Position numbers and translations under genes: made by a program
The notes under the pieces: generated by a model
Databases searched by the model: none
Told to the model about the DNA's origin: nothing
What the model saw: the letters and a program-made list of their open reading frames with translations, nothing else
In this document: piece after piece, positions 20,901 through 35,300 of the stretch
Position numbering within the stretch: the first letter of the stretch is position 1
How the letters are laid out: each line of letters opens with the position of its first letter
Assembly (NCBI GenBank): GCA_032718475.1
Contig: JAUCBJ010001051.1
Location: 1 to 64,000, forward strand
Origin: Nemertoderma westbladi
Lineage: Eukaryota; Animalia; Xenacoelomorpha
DNA: 64,000 bases
Direction of reading: 5' to 3'

Positions 20901-23900
20901 CCCAGCCGATTCCAGAACAGTTCGCAGAGACTCTATCTCTCTGCTGAGTAGCGAAGACACCCGCGGCCGTTTCGCTTGGCCTAGGAGTGTTTCTAATTCT
21001 GTTATGTCTCGTTGTATCTCATTTATTGAAGCCATTCCAGCATTTGATTTTGTTTGGTAGCTTTTCTGTAGCTTTGATTAAAATACAGAAATAGGCTATT
21101 AAACCTGTAAACTGCGGTAATGGTAATGGTAAATTAATAAACTCTCTGATTATTGCGTATGATGGTACCGGTGCCTGGCCTAACCTACCGTACTGCGGTA
21201 TTTGCTCTAGCTACCGTACTGCTCTAGCTGTTTACGCTATTGACTATTAATTCAACTATCTGTTAGTTGTCTGGTGTAGTGTTCCTTTAAACATACTTGG
21301 CTTTATATGTGGACAAACACAACTAAACTACACTGTATGAATTAGGATTGGCCGACCGTAGAATAGAATTCTTACGAATTTAATAGATTCACATTTTATG
21401 TTCATTCACAACTCCTTGAATCCGATTGGTCATTGGCCTATTAATTAATATGCGGGGGAAATTTAAATTTTCGTTGTGCATTTTTCACTGCGGTTTTTGT
21501 CTATAGATTTTTTTAAAGGGACGGTTTCAAAAAAACAATTTATTCAAAAACGGAAATCATATCTTGTGTTGTAGGTTTATACAGACAGAGTATTCTACGG
21601 TAACTTTTGCAGTTTAATGCGGTCTATTATTTTACTTAATACACCTTGTATGTAGTATATATTAACTATTTTTATTTGTCTTTTTTTTTAACTTTATTTT
21701 TTAGATAATACGTACGTAACGTGTCTGCGCATAATATATGTGGCTATTTTACGATGAGTGGAGTGTTATCGTTTTTTCTTCTCATTTTATTTAGGGTTTT
21801 CTCTAAACAGAAACAAGTTGTTAGTCATGCGGTGTCGGTACACTGTTCCCGAATGGGTAGTTGTTTGTGGGCTGGTTGTCAACGGTTACAGCGAATGAAG
21901 CTTTCATTAGTCACCCACGTTATGGTAAGTATACATGTAACCGGTACGTTTTATTAAATTTTCACTCATTATAATTAATTTATTTTATAGGATCTAACCA
22001 CCACCAAGCCAGGGTTCACTGGAGCCCGTATAATAATAATCTATCAGTGAGTCAGAATTGTTTTTTTGCTTTCATTCTTTAGCTACAAGCTTTGATACAA
22101 GGTATCTCCGGTGAAATTGGTCTTTTCAAATAAACACTGTTTATCGCCCTGTAGGAGCGGCATTGCACGGCTTCCCGACTGGAGGAGGACCGCACACTCA
22201 GACTGTCTGGCCAGCTGGCCTACCCCAACCCCCAATCCGTAGTCACGACGACCAGTACAGAGTCGGAACCCCTCGGTAAACCGGTCTACTCGATGCCGGC
22301 CGCGATCTATGCAGTACGACGGTGCGGGTGGGTGGAACCCGGCAAGGCGAACCCCTTCGATCGGGAGGGACCAGTCACTAAGAGCATCCGGTTGACTGCC
22401 GCCCTCGTACTCAGGAATATATGCAGAAATTCAGCCACAGCAAGAAGGTAATTATTCTTTATTTACATTTATTTAAGAGTTTATTTTATTAATAGTATCG
22501 CCATTACTATTTGTAATTGTGCGGGATTACGCAATGAGGACGGCCACAAAGGGTGACGATCTGGGATTCACACTTCAAGAACGCAGAAGTAGTAGATATC
22601 CGGCAACTACAGTCACAGACACCGACTTTACGGATGACATCGCCCTGCTCTCTAATTATATCTAGCAGATGCACAGCTTCTACTGAATAAAGTGGAGAGG
22701 GCTGCTAAGGAGGTTGGATTGCATATAAATACTACCAAGACCGAATTCATAACCTTTAATGTTGATGGAAACTTGACAATCATTGATAATAATCAACTAA
22801 GGAAGGTCGATGACTTCCAGTACCTTGGATCATGGATAGAGAGTAGCAAAAAGGACATCGAAGTTAGGAAAGCAAAGGCTTGGGTAGCTCTATCAAAAAT
22901 GGATACCATCTGGAAATCAGATCTCTCCAGGCACCTAAAGACTAAGTTCTTTCGAGCCACAGTGGAAAGTGTATTTTTATACGGGGGTGAGACCTGGACA
23001 CTGACTAAATCACTTGAACAACGAATTGATGGTTGCTACACAAGACTACATACTAAGGGCAGCCCTAAACATCAGCTGGAGACAACACATGACAAACGCC
23101 GAACTTTATGGTACAATACCACCTCATCAACCATGTAGCCCGGACAATTCGGTCCCATTTATTTAGTGTTTTGGGACCGAATTGTACGGGACCGAATTGT
23201 CCGGGACCGAATTGTCCGGACCGAATTGTCCGGGACCGAATTGTCCTACATCCGTATCATCGTATCATCATCATCGTACATCCATAACTGATAAATATTG
23301 TACTGCTGTTTAAGCATACTGACATAGGACAAATTCAGAATTATAAATTCAGACAAGTTTGTTTGTCACGATTTGGTCCTTTCAGAACCGGTTCGAAGTC
23401 CACTATAATCAATACCATAAACAGATAAAACAGATTCCTTGCTTTTCTTTGCTTTAATTCATATCATAAACATAACATTAACATAGGTAAGATAAAGGCA
23501 ACCATGAAAAAGGTCTGACTTTAGTAGGTAACCAACTACTGTAAACTGTCTGACTCTAGAGACAGCAATACGGTCTCCGGTACTTCAGTCTGGCAGTCCT
23601 TAAGGCAGTAGGTCCGGACCGCATAATAATAATGGTTACACTTTTTAGAAGGGCGAAAATATATGCTCCTAGGGGTTTGAACAATCTAATGCAGAACTGT
23701 TGGCACTGCGAACACTCTGTTTCTTTCTTGTCGGAAAGGGATGGTACTGTGCAGGCAAGCAAGACAGGTCTTAGGAATTAATACTAGTATACTTACTCCA
23801 ACTTTTCCGCTGTCCTCTCCCAAATGGTCCAAAAAGGGCCATAGGGATCAAGAAGCCAGTTAGAGTCACAATCCACAAAACTTTTGGGCATAAATCTCAT

Positions 23901-24824
23901 ACTGAAGTAATCAATCAAATGACAAAAAAAGTCACACAATATTGGTCCCTTTTATACTGAAAATTCCTGGTTAATCTTGGAAGTACTTAGAAGTTGACCC
24001 CAAACCATCAGTCAAACATAATTAATACCAGGATTGGCAGAAACCAAAAACAATATCTCTCATGAATGGCTGAAACCGAGGTTGTATCAATAAAATTAAT
24101 TATCACCTCGATCAAACTGTGATATTTATGGAGTTCCTGTTAAGCCTCTATTAACTGTGCACGTGCTCCTGATGTAAACACAATGGCTACTAATATAATA
24201 CAATGAGATTCACTACTAACCAGCTTCCATCCTCCACACCCAAGCCGCATCCCTATTCGATAGCAGTTGATTAGTTCAACTGCATTGCTATACCAGTGAG
24301 GTATATATGATCTACATGATCTAGATGAGCTACTATAAACCTCAAGGTATATTTGCTGGCTATCAATTACCTGTGACTTGGAGAATGGAAGTGATAGATT
24401 GCCCATTACCCAATAATATTGTAGTCACAGAATAACATCTGCAGTGAGATAATATCGTCCCTGAACAATATCTATGTGAAATCCATGATGAATGAATTTC
24501 CTATTCTAAGTTAATATCTTGGGAAGCGCATTGGGTTTTTAACTACAAAGCTTCAAACTCCAATACATAACCTTACCTAAGCTAACCCAACCTAACTTGG
24601 GTAACCTAACCTAATTTGACCTAACCTTTTCTTACGTGATCAGTGATCTCACAATCTATTTTTCTTACAGTGAATTAATGAGACACGAGTCTCACTTATC
24701 GAACATTGCTCTGTCTGGTATCGACTGCTCGGACACTCTGTCCTCCTGCCTTGGCTACCTCTATAACAACCAATCAGCGTCCTCCAAGGACACTTATCTG
24801 CACCAATGGGATTGTATCAGCTGA
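17965..24824 (+). CDS. ARID2: ARID2/BAF200 (PBAF subunit) 3' exons: 17965-18127, 21795-21924, 22155-22447, 24671-24824
   Basis: The spliced product YVCEWLNCNKVFSKQKQVVSHAVSVH...CLWAGCQRLQRMKLSLVTHVMERHC...REGPVTKSIRLTAALVLRNI...RHESHLSNIALSGIDCSDTLSSCLGYL matches the ARID2 C-terminal zinc fingers and EGP.TK.IRLTAAL.L.NI motif. GT-AG sites have compatible phases. Confidence 0.88.
19272..19905 (-). repeat. Minisatellite made of copies of the CACYBP terminal codons
   Basis: About 8 copies of the core catcccgtttatccctggcctcggtcca(ctacagatctcccatccccc), unit ~60-110 bp. Confidence 0.9.
19821..21035 (-). CDS. CACYBP: Calcyclin-binding protein / Siah-interacting protein; exons 21035-20557 and 20052-19821
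   Basis: N-terminal helical domain, CS domain (KITQYGWDQNDKSVKLYVTL) and SGS domain ([29 protein letters not shown]). A phase-2 GT-AG intron joins SGK|WDGL. Confidence 0.92.
22520..23135 (+). pseudogene. RTE-clade non-LTR retrotransposon RT fragment (intronic)
   Basis: DTDFTDDIALLS; GLHINTTKTEFI; VDDFQYLGSWI; FFRATVESVFLYGGETWTLT; frameshifted. Confidence 0.85.
23133..23253. repeat. Short element with 14-15-bp GACCGAATTGTCCGG subrepeats in inverted arrangement
   Basis: One cggacaattcggtccc facing five gaccgaattgt(c/a)c copies. Confidence 0.6.
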
Positions 24825-25440
24825 CCCAGCGCTGCGTTGCTATGACAACGCTCTACCAAGGGAGGGTCTGTCTCCATCCACCATAGAATCCCTACATTGT
24901 ATCCATCATATACTAACACAACCTTAATAAGAAGTGCAATGCCAATTTTGTACTACAATATTAAAATAACTTGAAATTGTATTTTTGTGTTAAATTCCTT
25001 TATACTTAAATAATTTATGTTGCTAGAATACAGACGGATTGCCTTTTTTTCTTTGTTCCACATTGAATCTAAAAGTTATTGTCTGTAAATTTATTTGTTG
25101 TGACTACTTTACGTTACTTTAACTACACTTGGTTTTGTTTTATGTTCGTCCTCATACAACCTCACACCACCTACACATTCATGTATACGTAATGCTGGTA
25201 ATATTGCCACTATTTGACTTTGATCTTTGATTTTCACTTTGTAAACCGTTATAAACTCCACTCCTTCTTTTTATCTTTTCATAAAAACTCTATGCGTATA
25301 GGACTCATTAATAAGATGCCATTTATTCCGTATTAGTTCAATTCATTCATTCAACTCTAAATACAATTTTAACATTTTGTATTTCATGCGATATTTAACA
25401 GAATGGGAATTTAAGGGGGGGTGGGATCACTTTCTGGAAT

Positions 25441-26465
25441 TTTTGAAACATCCTATCTGATGCTGAACTTCATGCTGAATCCAAATATGAAAACCGTTTT
25501 CCCATATCTTGCTTAGTTTTCGCGATATCTGGGATAGAAGATACTGGCTCCGATATATCGCGATATCGGTAAAGGCGATGAAGTTTGGGGTTTGCATTCA
25601 ATTTCTGCAAATTTCGGTGCTCAGTGGTGCCAATTGGATGTCTCCACGAGAAAGAGCACAAAATTTTAATTGATAAGGTATTTTTAAGACAACTTCAAGT
25701 CTCTGGAATGAAGACGGGACTCGAATAAGCGACTCTGTGGTCTTTGCGGGATTACACGGAATAGACTAATCAGTCATCGGAGATCTTCAAAATGTGTAAT
25801 CTCCAGTTCTAGTGGTCGTACGAAGTTCGTTTTAGGCTCTTTCGAAAGCTCTTTTCTCAGAGAACAAAGTTACCATTTGGTATGGCAAACTCTTAAAAGC
25901 TGCCCGAGCAATCATAACTTGAATAAAATTTGCAAGGCATATTTTACCCAAATTCATGTTATTTTGCTTCACAACAATTTTATCTTAAATCAAATGGTAA
26001 CTTTGTTCTCTGAAAAAAGAGCTTTCGAATGAGCCTAAAACGAACTTCTTACGATCACTAGAACTGGAGATTATACATTTTGAACATCTCCAATGACTGA
26101 TAAGTCTATTCCGTGTAATCCCGCAAAGACCACAGAGTCACTTATTCGAGTTCCGTCTTCATTCCGGAGACTTGAACTTGTCTTATAAACTGATCAGTAG
26201 GTCCAATAATCATAAAAAAATACCTTATCAATTAAAATTTTGTGCTCTTTCTCGTGGAGACATCCAATTGGCACCACGGGGCAGCACCGAAATTTGCAGA
26301 AATTGAAAGCAAACTCCAAACTTCATCGCCTTTACTGATATCGCGATATATCGGAGCCAGTATCTTCAATCCCAGATATCGCGAAAACTAAGCAAGATAT
26401 GGGAAAACGGTTTCCATATTTGGATTCAGCATGAAATTCTGCATCAGATAAGATATGTTTCAAAA
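25441..26465. mobile_element. ~1-kb foldback element (nearly full-length palindrome, ~440-bp arms)
   Basis: 25441-~25880 is the reverse complement of ~26010-26465 with few substitutions and one insertion. Confidence 0.85.
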
Positions 26466-27934
26466 ATTCGACTTTTTTGGTCAGAAGATGCACTACCCAT
26501 TTAAACTTAAACCATTTGTGGTACTCATGTAGTCTGTCGGAATTCTGTAATTTAATTTGCATTGGTGAACTCAAGAGTTCTATCTTCCTCTCCCATTTGA
26601 GGGCTACTAAATAGAGGTACCTGTATGGTAAACTTGTTTTCTTGGTCTTACACGAAGCTCACCGTGTTCATCTTTTACTAAGGAAGCCTATTGAATGGTG
26701 CGACCTTTGAACAGCCGCCAAAGCCTATTGACTCGATAATTGCTTTTGTTAATATTTAATATTTATTTTTGAATATATTAGTTATGATTATAATTTGTAG
26801 GAATCAATAATCCTTATCGTAATCAAAACATTAATGGCATTATTTATGGCAGTTTTGAGTTATAATTAGTTATTATTATTATTAATTATTATAATTTTTT
26901 TGTTCAACATATTTTTATTTCCCAAGTTCAAGAAGAGATGCTACTGTTTGGGCATAGTGCTTTAAATGCTGCAGCTGCTGCGGCCTAGCTACACCCAGGC
27001 TTTCATCCTTGACTGGCAACTTGGGAAATAGAATGGAAGATATGAAACATTAATTATAAATAATAATAACAACTTTTGTATCTCATTGCCAATTATATTT
27101 TCATGTATTACAATTTTTAGCTATTAGACTTGTTATATTCAATTCGAGTCAATAGGAAAGCCATTATTGTGAACCGCGGCCACAAATTTTAAGCAAAATT
27201 ATTGGTTATTAATATTTTTAAAGTTTTACTATAATTCATCCCTGTCCATCTCAAAGTCTAGTATTTTCTATTATAAATTTATTATAAATATTAAACTAGT
27301 TTAAGCTAGGAGTGTGTAATATTTACTATTATTGTTATTATAGTTTGTCTCTTGTTTTATATTCTTGGTGAGTGGCTTGTTGTTTACATAAATATAATAA
27401 ACCAACAAAATATGTTTTATGTAATAAAATATTATAAAATTTTTTGTACCTCAACCCATATTTTCACTTCGTAAAAGCTTCTGCGGCCGCGACGTATACC
27501 CCCCCCCCCCCCCCCCCCCCACCGCGATCCATACGCCCCAATCAATGTGTTTGATCCCAGTATACACCAAAAGATAAACAGCCAATAAAATCTACCTTTT
27601 ATTTTCTTGGCTCATCTTTTCTGACCATGACATTATGATTTCTCAGTATTTTGAGGTTCAGCTATGCCGGAAGCTCATTGTTCTGTTTTTGCTGATAGAA
27701 ACAGGGCGGATTTCAGCCTAAAATTATCAGTGTTGATTTACACGGAGCTGTCTGCACTATGCTGTCTGTATAGATGATATGTATGTCTTGTATAATTTGT
27801 ATATTTATATATATTTGTATATCATGACTGTTATTTGTATCATAAGGAAAGTATTGGGGGGTTAATTAGCGATTCTGGTTCACATCAATTGGATTGTATG
27901 AGATGAGTATACATGTTATTATATAGCACCAACT

Positions 27935-28926
27935 GGTTCGTCGCGTTTCGGCACCTGTCACGTTTAGGCAACTCAAATTCGCGTTTCGGCAAATGGACAA
28001 TTACGTGTCACCAACTGCTATAGTTGTGTTTCGGCAACTCGTAGTTGCATTTCGGCAACTCATAGTTGCATTTCGACAACTCATAGTTGCATTTCGGCGA
28101 ACTGAAGTCGCGTTTCGGCAACTAGGTATCGTATCTGTATCTGTAATGTATCTGTGACTGCACTCTTATGTAAGTAAATTATAAATGACGACAAGTTTAA
28201 GTTAGTTATAGTTTTCGAAGGCAGAGTTGTTAACTGTTTGAGTTAGTTAGTTAATTTTAAATATACCCGCAGCTGAAGTTGTGGATGTAAACGTTTGGAA
28301 CTGGAATCTGTCTGTCTGAAACACAAATCCCGTTTACAATCTCCAAGGGGTGTTTTTCTAATACAAAGCGAAGCGCACCTTGCTGGGCGGGGTTTACAGC
28401 TACAACTTCAGTAATAATTAATTTAAGTTAATATTTTGTTGAATTGGTAATTTTTTTGAATGATTCTTTTTAATATTTTATATTTTGCTCACTCAGGCTT
28501 ACCGGTACAATATTACGCTTACAAGGGGATATAGACTTCCACGACATGTGTAGTATCCCTTACTTTGATATTATGGATCAAACATATAACAATAATAATA
28601 ATTCATTTATTGTTGTCATTTATAGTCATTAGTGTTGGAGTAGGCGGGGTAAACTAAAGTAAAATGAAATTGAATAATGGGAAACGTAATGAGGCAAAGG
28701 TAATAATCTATACTCTAGGCTCTATACAGTATCCAGTTGGCCTTTGCTTACGAGTTGCCGAAACCATCTATCTATCAGTTTGCCTAAGCGCATCCTGTTA
28801 ACAGTTGCCGAAATGAAACCATGTGTTGCCGAAATGCAACCTTGTTACCATGTTGCCGAAACGCGACTATGAGTTGCCGAAACGCGTCTCTAAAGCTACT
28901 ATCAGTTGCCGAAACGCGACAACACC
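27935..28926. mobile_element. MITE with subterminal TTTCGGCAAC repeats
   Basis: Ends ggttcgtcgcgtttcggca / tgccgaaacgcgacaacacc; flanks caccaact / caccaacg form a near-perfect 8-bp TSD. Confidence 0.7.
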
Positions 28927-29040
28927 CACCAACGTATGTGAGCCTACAAACTCCTTATTCATGAACAAAATTGTCTCAAGGCAGCAATTCATGCACCAAC
29001 GTTTATTTCAGCCCGATTTAATATACCATGCCCATAAAGG

Positions 29041-29322
29041 GATGTTAGGACAATTGCGACCTGGACAATTGCGACCCGGACAATTGCGACCCGGACAATT
29101 GCGACCCGGAAAATTGCGACCCGGTCAATTGAGACACATGGTTTTAGAAAAAATTGATGGGTCGCAATTGTCCGGGTCGCAATTGTCCGGATCCAGATAG
29201 AAAGATGTAATGTATATCATTGACAATTGCGACCCATAATTTTTATTTAAAAACATGGGTCGCAATTGACCGGGTCGCAATTGACCGGGTCGCAATTGTC
29301 CGGGTCGCAATTGTCCGGACTC
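29041..29322. mobile_element. MULE-like MITE with 15-bp GGACAATTGCGACCC repeats
   Basis: Inverted arrays of the 15-mer; the direct repeat cccataaagg flanks both sides (29031-29040, 29323-29332). Confidence 0.75.
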
Positions 29323-29456
29323 CCCATAAAGGGTGTGCCAACTATGATTTTTGTTAGTAATTTGTTGTTATTGCCATGAAATGTAGACCTGTCTGATATC
29401 TGGAACACAACATCTGAAACGGAACTGTTAATATAGAATTAACAGTTCCGTTTCAG

Positions 29457-29732
29457 ATGTTAGCAAAATTAATGCACGATGTCATTAAAGGTGTTTCACC
29501 CATGGCCCATCTTTTTCAGCATACTACTGTAGAAGTGTTGCACTGTTATGGTACACGATCAGCTACACATAATAATTACTTTATCCCACGTGTTCGAAGG
29601 CTTGTCGGACATAATTCTCTTCAATATCAAGGTCCTGTCATTTGGAACTCTGTTAACGATAAACTTAAAAATTTACCAAATAAGCCGCTCTTCTGCAGGA
29701 AGCTAAAGATAAATCTTCTAGACTCATTGTAG
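29457..29732 (+). pseudogene. 3' end of CR1/L2-group LINE ORF2
   Basis: HCYGTRS...YFIPRVR...SLQYQGPVIWNSV is the typical C-terminal signature. Confidence 0.7.
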
Positions 29733-30017
29733 TAGTAAGCCCTACACAATCAGTATTTTTTATTTTAATTATGCTCCAAATAGCTATCAAATTAAGCTAA
29801 ATTACAACAAATATTCCGCCTATCAAAACACACTTCTTTATAACTTACTAAGTAAGCTGCGTCAGTATATAGGACTCTTATAATTTAACATTATACTGGT
29901 AATTATTTCAAACTTTAAGGTTCATAAATATATCATTTGGTCACAATATATTATACATTTATTTAGCTTTGCTCATACCAGGATGTTTGCCGTTAACACC
30001 CCCAGGCTTATAGTTTA

Positions 30018-30282
30018 CTAGCAGGCAATACCCGAGGCATGTTACCCGGTATTTCCCGCTACTGGCATAGGCCTACTGGCGTACTTGTACCGGTATAGGC
30101 CTACTGACGTACCGGTACTTAGTACCGGTACCGAACGTGAATTAAACTTTTCGAAAAGTGGCCTATAACGACCGCTGGTTAAAGTTATAAACACATGCCA
30201 AGTCCCAGCGCAATCCCTCCGCCCGTTTTGGAGGAGTTCGAACACAGAGAGAGAGAGAGAATTTGATTTTTATAGGTATAGA
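30018..30282 (-). mobile_element. Non-autonomous Helitron-like element
   Basis: The minus strand starts A|TCTATAC, contains (CT)n, and ends with a GC-rich subterminal segment followed by CTAG|T. Confidence 0.6.
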
Positions 30283-30997
30283 TGATAATTATAGTTAATC
30301 ACCAAAACGCATTGCAGTATACAAAATGCCCAATGCCTGTCTACACCTTATTAATGAGAAAATTGTCCCAAGTAAGTAAATCAATCAGGTCCCAGGGTGT
30401 ATTTCAGTTGGGTCCATAATACCACATCCCTAAAGGATGTGACAAACTATAATTCTCATTAATAATCTGTTGTAATTACCTCAAGTCATAGAGCTGTTTG
30501 TTATCTAGAGCACAACACCTAAAACGGAACTGTTAATTAATATTATCCTGTAAGTGAACATAATACAGCGAGAATCAATCGAAGCATACACCAGCCTAAT
30601 TCTAATAAACCGATATATTTCAGGCTCTCATTAAAGGTGGGTCCATAGGCCGCGCTAGCTGATTTATATCTGATGTTATCCCATTTGGCAAACTTAGCAA
30701 GATTTCTGGGATGATAAATTTGGCAGTGAAAATTATCTAAGTCTTCTAAAAGCGCGAACAGTACATAACTTTTCTCTGCTGTTCCGGTGGAATGGTAATT
30801 TAAATTTATGCCTGCGGTACTGGGTAGGTGTAAAACGCGGATCCGGATACGGATCAGGACTAGGGTTCAACAGAAGGCACTTTATGGGGCCGAACCGAAG
30901 CAGGGCCAACTTCGGGCCGAACCGAACCGAATCCGAACCGAAGCAGGGCCAACTTCGGGCCGAACCGAACCGAAGTTGAAAGTTAGCAATTTATGGT

Positions 30998-32282
30998 TGT
31001 ACGCGCTTTTGAAGACCTTTAGCAGTTTAACCTGCCAAAATTTATATGTCTTTTGGTTTATCAATATACTTTAGAAGATGACAAATATTTAATACCAATA
31101 AACACAACATTAGCAGAAGCCAGCCTAGTGCGCGTCCATTCACCCGCTGGATATACCCGGGAGACTGGATTCTGAGGGCTTAGATTATTATTGCAGTGAA
31201 GCCTACTGTATTATTCGATTGATCGTTAATAAATAATTTCTGACTAATATTATTCACTTTCGGGAAATATTAACAGTTCCTTTAGGACGTGGCGCTCTAT
31301 CTAAGTAAACAGAGATATGACTTATACTAATCACAACGGTAAGTCGGTAAGGCTTATAATTCACGTATGAGGCGCATTCTTTAGGAAATGCTTAGTTATC
31401 AGTCACAATCAGGCACACTACCGGTAACACACAATACTGCTCACTAATTTGCCGACCGTCAATGTATTTTATCATATATAAAGCGAACAGCAATTGACTC
31501 TTGTAGTGCTTATCAAATAGCATTAAATTCAATACAAACCACAACAATATAAGTCGCAATCGCTATATATAACCCGCCTCTCTAACCTGTAGTGTATCAA
31601 GAAAATTGGGAAATTTGGGTTCTTTATAAACGTTCTCCAAATAATCTTCAATCAACTGATATAAAATATGACAACAGTAAAAACATTAAGACGGTAGGTT
31701 AGGATATGATATGAACCGATATGTACAGTGATATGTACTGAGTGTCCAAATTGTGCCGTGATATGAATTGATTTGTGTTATGAATTGCATTGATAACAGT
31801 CATACGCTCTATAATCTTAAGCCTACTAATGTTTCTTTCTAGAGCCGTTGTTTCTGGCTTAGACAGCAATAACAACAAAGTATCAGTAAAAAACTGTAAG
31901 ACTGAACAATCCCAGTATGATCGGCTCAAAGCTCCACATCAACAGAGAAAATCGCTCTGATTGGCTGAAGCCAAACAAAGAACCATGCGTCCAATGGCTG
32001 TTTCCATTTAAGCAACCAGCTGTTAGATGTCGTAATCTGAATCATCACGGCTAAGCTGTGTAAAAGTATTTGCCGTATTGCGGGTTTTTTGCCTTACCAT
32101 GTCCGCTAAAACACGTATATAGAAGAATGACTTTTATGTCCGTTAAAAACACCTGTAACGGTACCTTGCGGGCAAGGGGAATATATATACAGTTAGAGAA
32201 CCCTTTTAGAGTATTCCAGCGCCTAGGGGGAAACTGGATTGCGAAGCAAAGGGGCCAGTTATATCCCACAGAAGCTTTTACA
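30998..32282 (-). repeat. BEL 3' LTR (1285 bp)
   Basis: tgtacgcgcttttgaag...gaagcttttaca; matches 53067-54352. Confidence 0.95.
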
Positions 32283-32360
32283 CCGCTCCCAGAAAATGGG
32301 ATTTGAGTCTATTAATATACAAAAATCACAGTTTCTAATATACGTAAATACTCTAAACAG

Positions 32361-35300
32361 TTAGTCTTTCTTGCGCGGACGGCGTTTACGCAATTTTTTA
32401 AAGCTAGCCAGAGTCCTTTTCTCTTTGGGGCGAGCCACTTTACAAGGAGGGCTATAACTCCGAGGTGAAGGGTGCAATATGATTGCATCAGAGGGTGTAG
32501 GATTATGGTCAGTGTATCCGCCAGTCGAAGTACCGGGTTGATTGACATCGACATCAGGTGAGAGGGGTCTAACGGCTTTGAGAGCTCGTTTCAAGACAGC
32601 CGCTCTGACGGGTCCTTTACTCGTGGTCTGAACAAGGGCCGTGGGTGGACCATAGGCAGTTAGAAACCTCCGGGGTTTAATGGTTCTTTCTAACTCGCGT
32701 TCGCGGGCTCGGTATTCGTAAGGCCGCCGATATACTTCCTGTAACTCTGGGTGTGAGTTAACAAATAAGTCTCCATAGTCCGGATCCTGACGGATATAAT
32801 TGATTAAGTTATAGGAATGAAGGTCGCTAGGATTAACACTCCTGAGAAATTTGCGTACGAATTTGGTTGAAATACATTCTCCGACGCGCTTTATTAGCTC
32901 GTAACTCGATATGCGTGATTTCTGTTCGACCGAGGCGAAGAGATAAGGATGGAATGCATAAACTCCTTCATAAGCGCGTCCGGGATAATAGCGATGGCGC
33001 GAATCACAATGTAAATCAGCGTTCGCTTCCCAAGCTCTGATGTAACGTAGTGTGATCTGTTAAGAATTAAATCAATGTATAATACGAAAGGTAATGAAAG
33101 GTAATATAATAAGATAATATATATGAGAAACGTAAAGCAGAGACAGTAACAGAAAATACTAATACATCCCTGTTACAGCTGAATGCCTAACAGCTGCAAA
33201 CAACTGATACATTTAAGTATAGTAGGTCGTATACAATATAAATCAATAAAGTGAATCTATCTAATTATTAATTAGTCTATCTAGTCTCAGTTCAGAGTTT
33301 ATTGTCTTTTATTGAATATCTTATTCAATGAGTTAATCATAACATTCCCCGTCTTCTCCTTTGTCAAAGGATCTGCCAACATGTCAACAGTTGATACCCA
33401 CTCGATGGGTCGATCATTTCCAAATTGCCTTTGTTCGTTTATCACTTCCCTAACACAGTCTAGGTCTAGTTGTAATCTCTTCTCAGAACAAAGGGATCCA
33501 TTGTTAATACAATTGAAGAGACACCGATTATCAGTAATTAGTTTTATGCTAGTTCTCTTAGAAGTTGCAGGATTAAATTCCGATATCAAACTCCTGAGAT
33601 AGACTGCCTCGTCAACAGCATCGACCATAGATATAGCCTCTGCAGCAAGAGCACTTCTAGTGACGCGCTTTAGTCTATATGACTTCCACCCAATAACAGC
33701 TCTACCCCAGAGTAGAATGTACCCACCCCAAGATGGATTACCAAAGGATGCATCAACATACACTGTTATACAATCGGACATATCTCTTAAGAGTGGAAGT
33801 ATAAATGGCTGGGACTTCACTGTACGAATCAATTTGTTAAGTTTGTTTAAATCAGAGACCGTAGCTGTACTAGTGCATGATGCCAATCGACTCACAGAGA
33901 AGGATATATCTGGGCGACTTGTCGTGCAAAGCCACATAAGTTTACCAACTGCCGTCCTTGCAGTTTCCGACTCACAACCAATTCTGACAGTGTCACTAAC
34001 ATTCAGACACTCTAGTTGATCCACATATTTCGCCTGTGAAATTTCAAATCGGGAATCTCTTTTCCGAATCTGGAGACCTAGAAATTCTACCCATTCGCTA
34101 TTGACCTTTTTAATCTTTCCTATTTTGAATATAGAATCCAACTTTTCTACAATCGCATTAACCATAGATGGAGTTCCAGCCAATAGAACATCATCTACAT
34201 GCAGTCCAATAACCCCCACAACATTATCAACACTTTTGAATATAAACATTGCATTATCCATTTTAGACATTATACCACCAAGTTTCAATATTTCATCCTT
34301 AACCTTTCCATACCATTGTCTCGAAGCCTCTGTTAAACCATAAACACATTTTCGTAATTTCCATAACGTTTTACTACCATACGTCAATGGGACGCCTTTT
34401 GGAGGGATTAAATAAACATCTCGTTGTATCTGATGACCCTGCAAAAAGGCCGTCTTAAAATCAACAACAACTGCCGACCAGTCATCATCACTAGCAATTG
34501 ACAACGCAATTCTCATTGAATACTTAGTTACAGTTGGGGCATAACCTAAGACATCATCTGTATCCTCAAATCCCCTTGCTACTAAACGTGCCTTAGGGTA
34601 CTTCTCGTCCCCATCTCCTTTGTATGTCAATACCCACCGTGTCGAAATCACAGTAGAATTGCCTTTAATATCGTCTTCATTAATTTCTTCAAAAGCATTG
34701 TTGTCAACCCATGATTTATATTCCTTATATTTCGCATTATCAAATTTTGGTGTGTCCTTCTCTTCCTTTGCTCTAACAAACATTGATACAAATCTATCTG
34801 GTTCATTTCGCTGACGTGTCGATCTTCTCAATGGTTCAGAGTTCCCAGGTTGGATAGTTGAGTCTCCTGTTGCACCATGTAAAAGGTCATCAACATTATT
34901 ATCATCTAATTCATCATTACTTTCGGTTTCATCATCATCTGACATGTCATTTTTGCCGTCTACCTGAATTTTTTTACTTTCATGATTTTGCTGTCCTATA
35001 TTTCCTGGAACCTCAGTATTAGAGACAGAAATATCTTGGCTATTATTCCGTCTCAATTCATCTCGATGACAGCGTAGATATCTACAACCATGCTTTACTA
35101 ACACTTCAGTTCCATCTTGACTTACAACACGCGCCGGACCACTCCACCGGCGATTGTTATGATGTCGGAAATATACTGACTCACCTTCTTTAAACGTCTG
35201 GCCTGTTTCTCGTGTAATACATCTCAACGCTCTTCGAATTCGTTCAGAATTTTCCACTTGTGTGTATGCTATTCTTGTTTCCCTGAGACACCTAAGATGT

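Noticed and set aside
22155-22447. Apparent frameshift in the ARID2 exon
   Set aside because: Recounting codons shows the exon is in frame throughout (293 nt, phase 0 to phase 2).
23490-24530. Possible decayed LINE endonuclease region on the minus strand
   Set aside because: Too degenerate to support by eye; no intact motif found.
28823-29310. ORFs with PGQLR repeats
   Set aside because: Translations of 15-bp MITE subrepeats.
31699-32306. Short ORFs repeated at 54121-54433 and 62064-62728
   Set aside because: They lie within LTR copies, have no recognisable domains, and recur only because the LTR is repeated.
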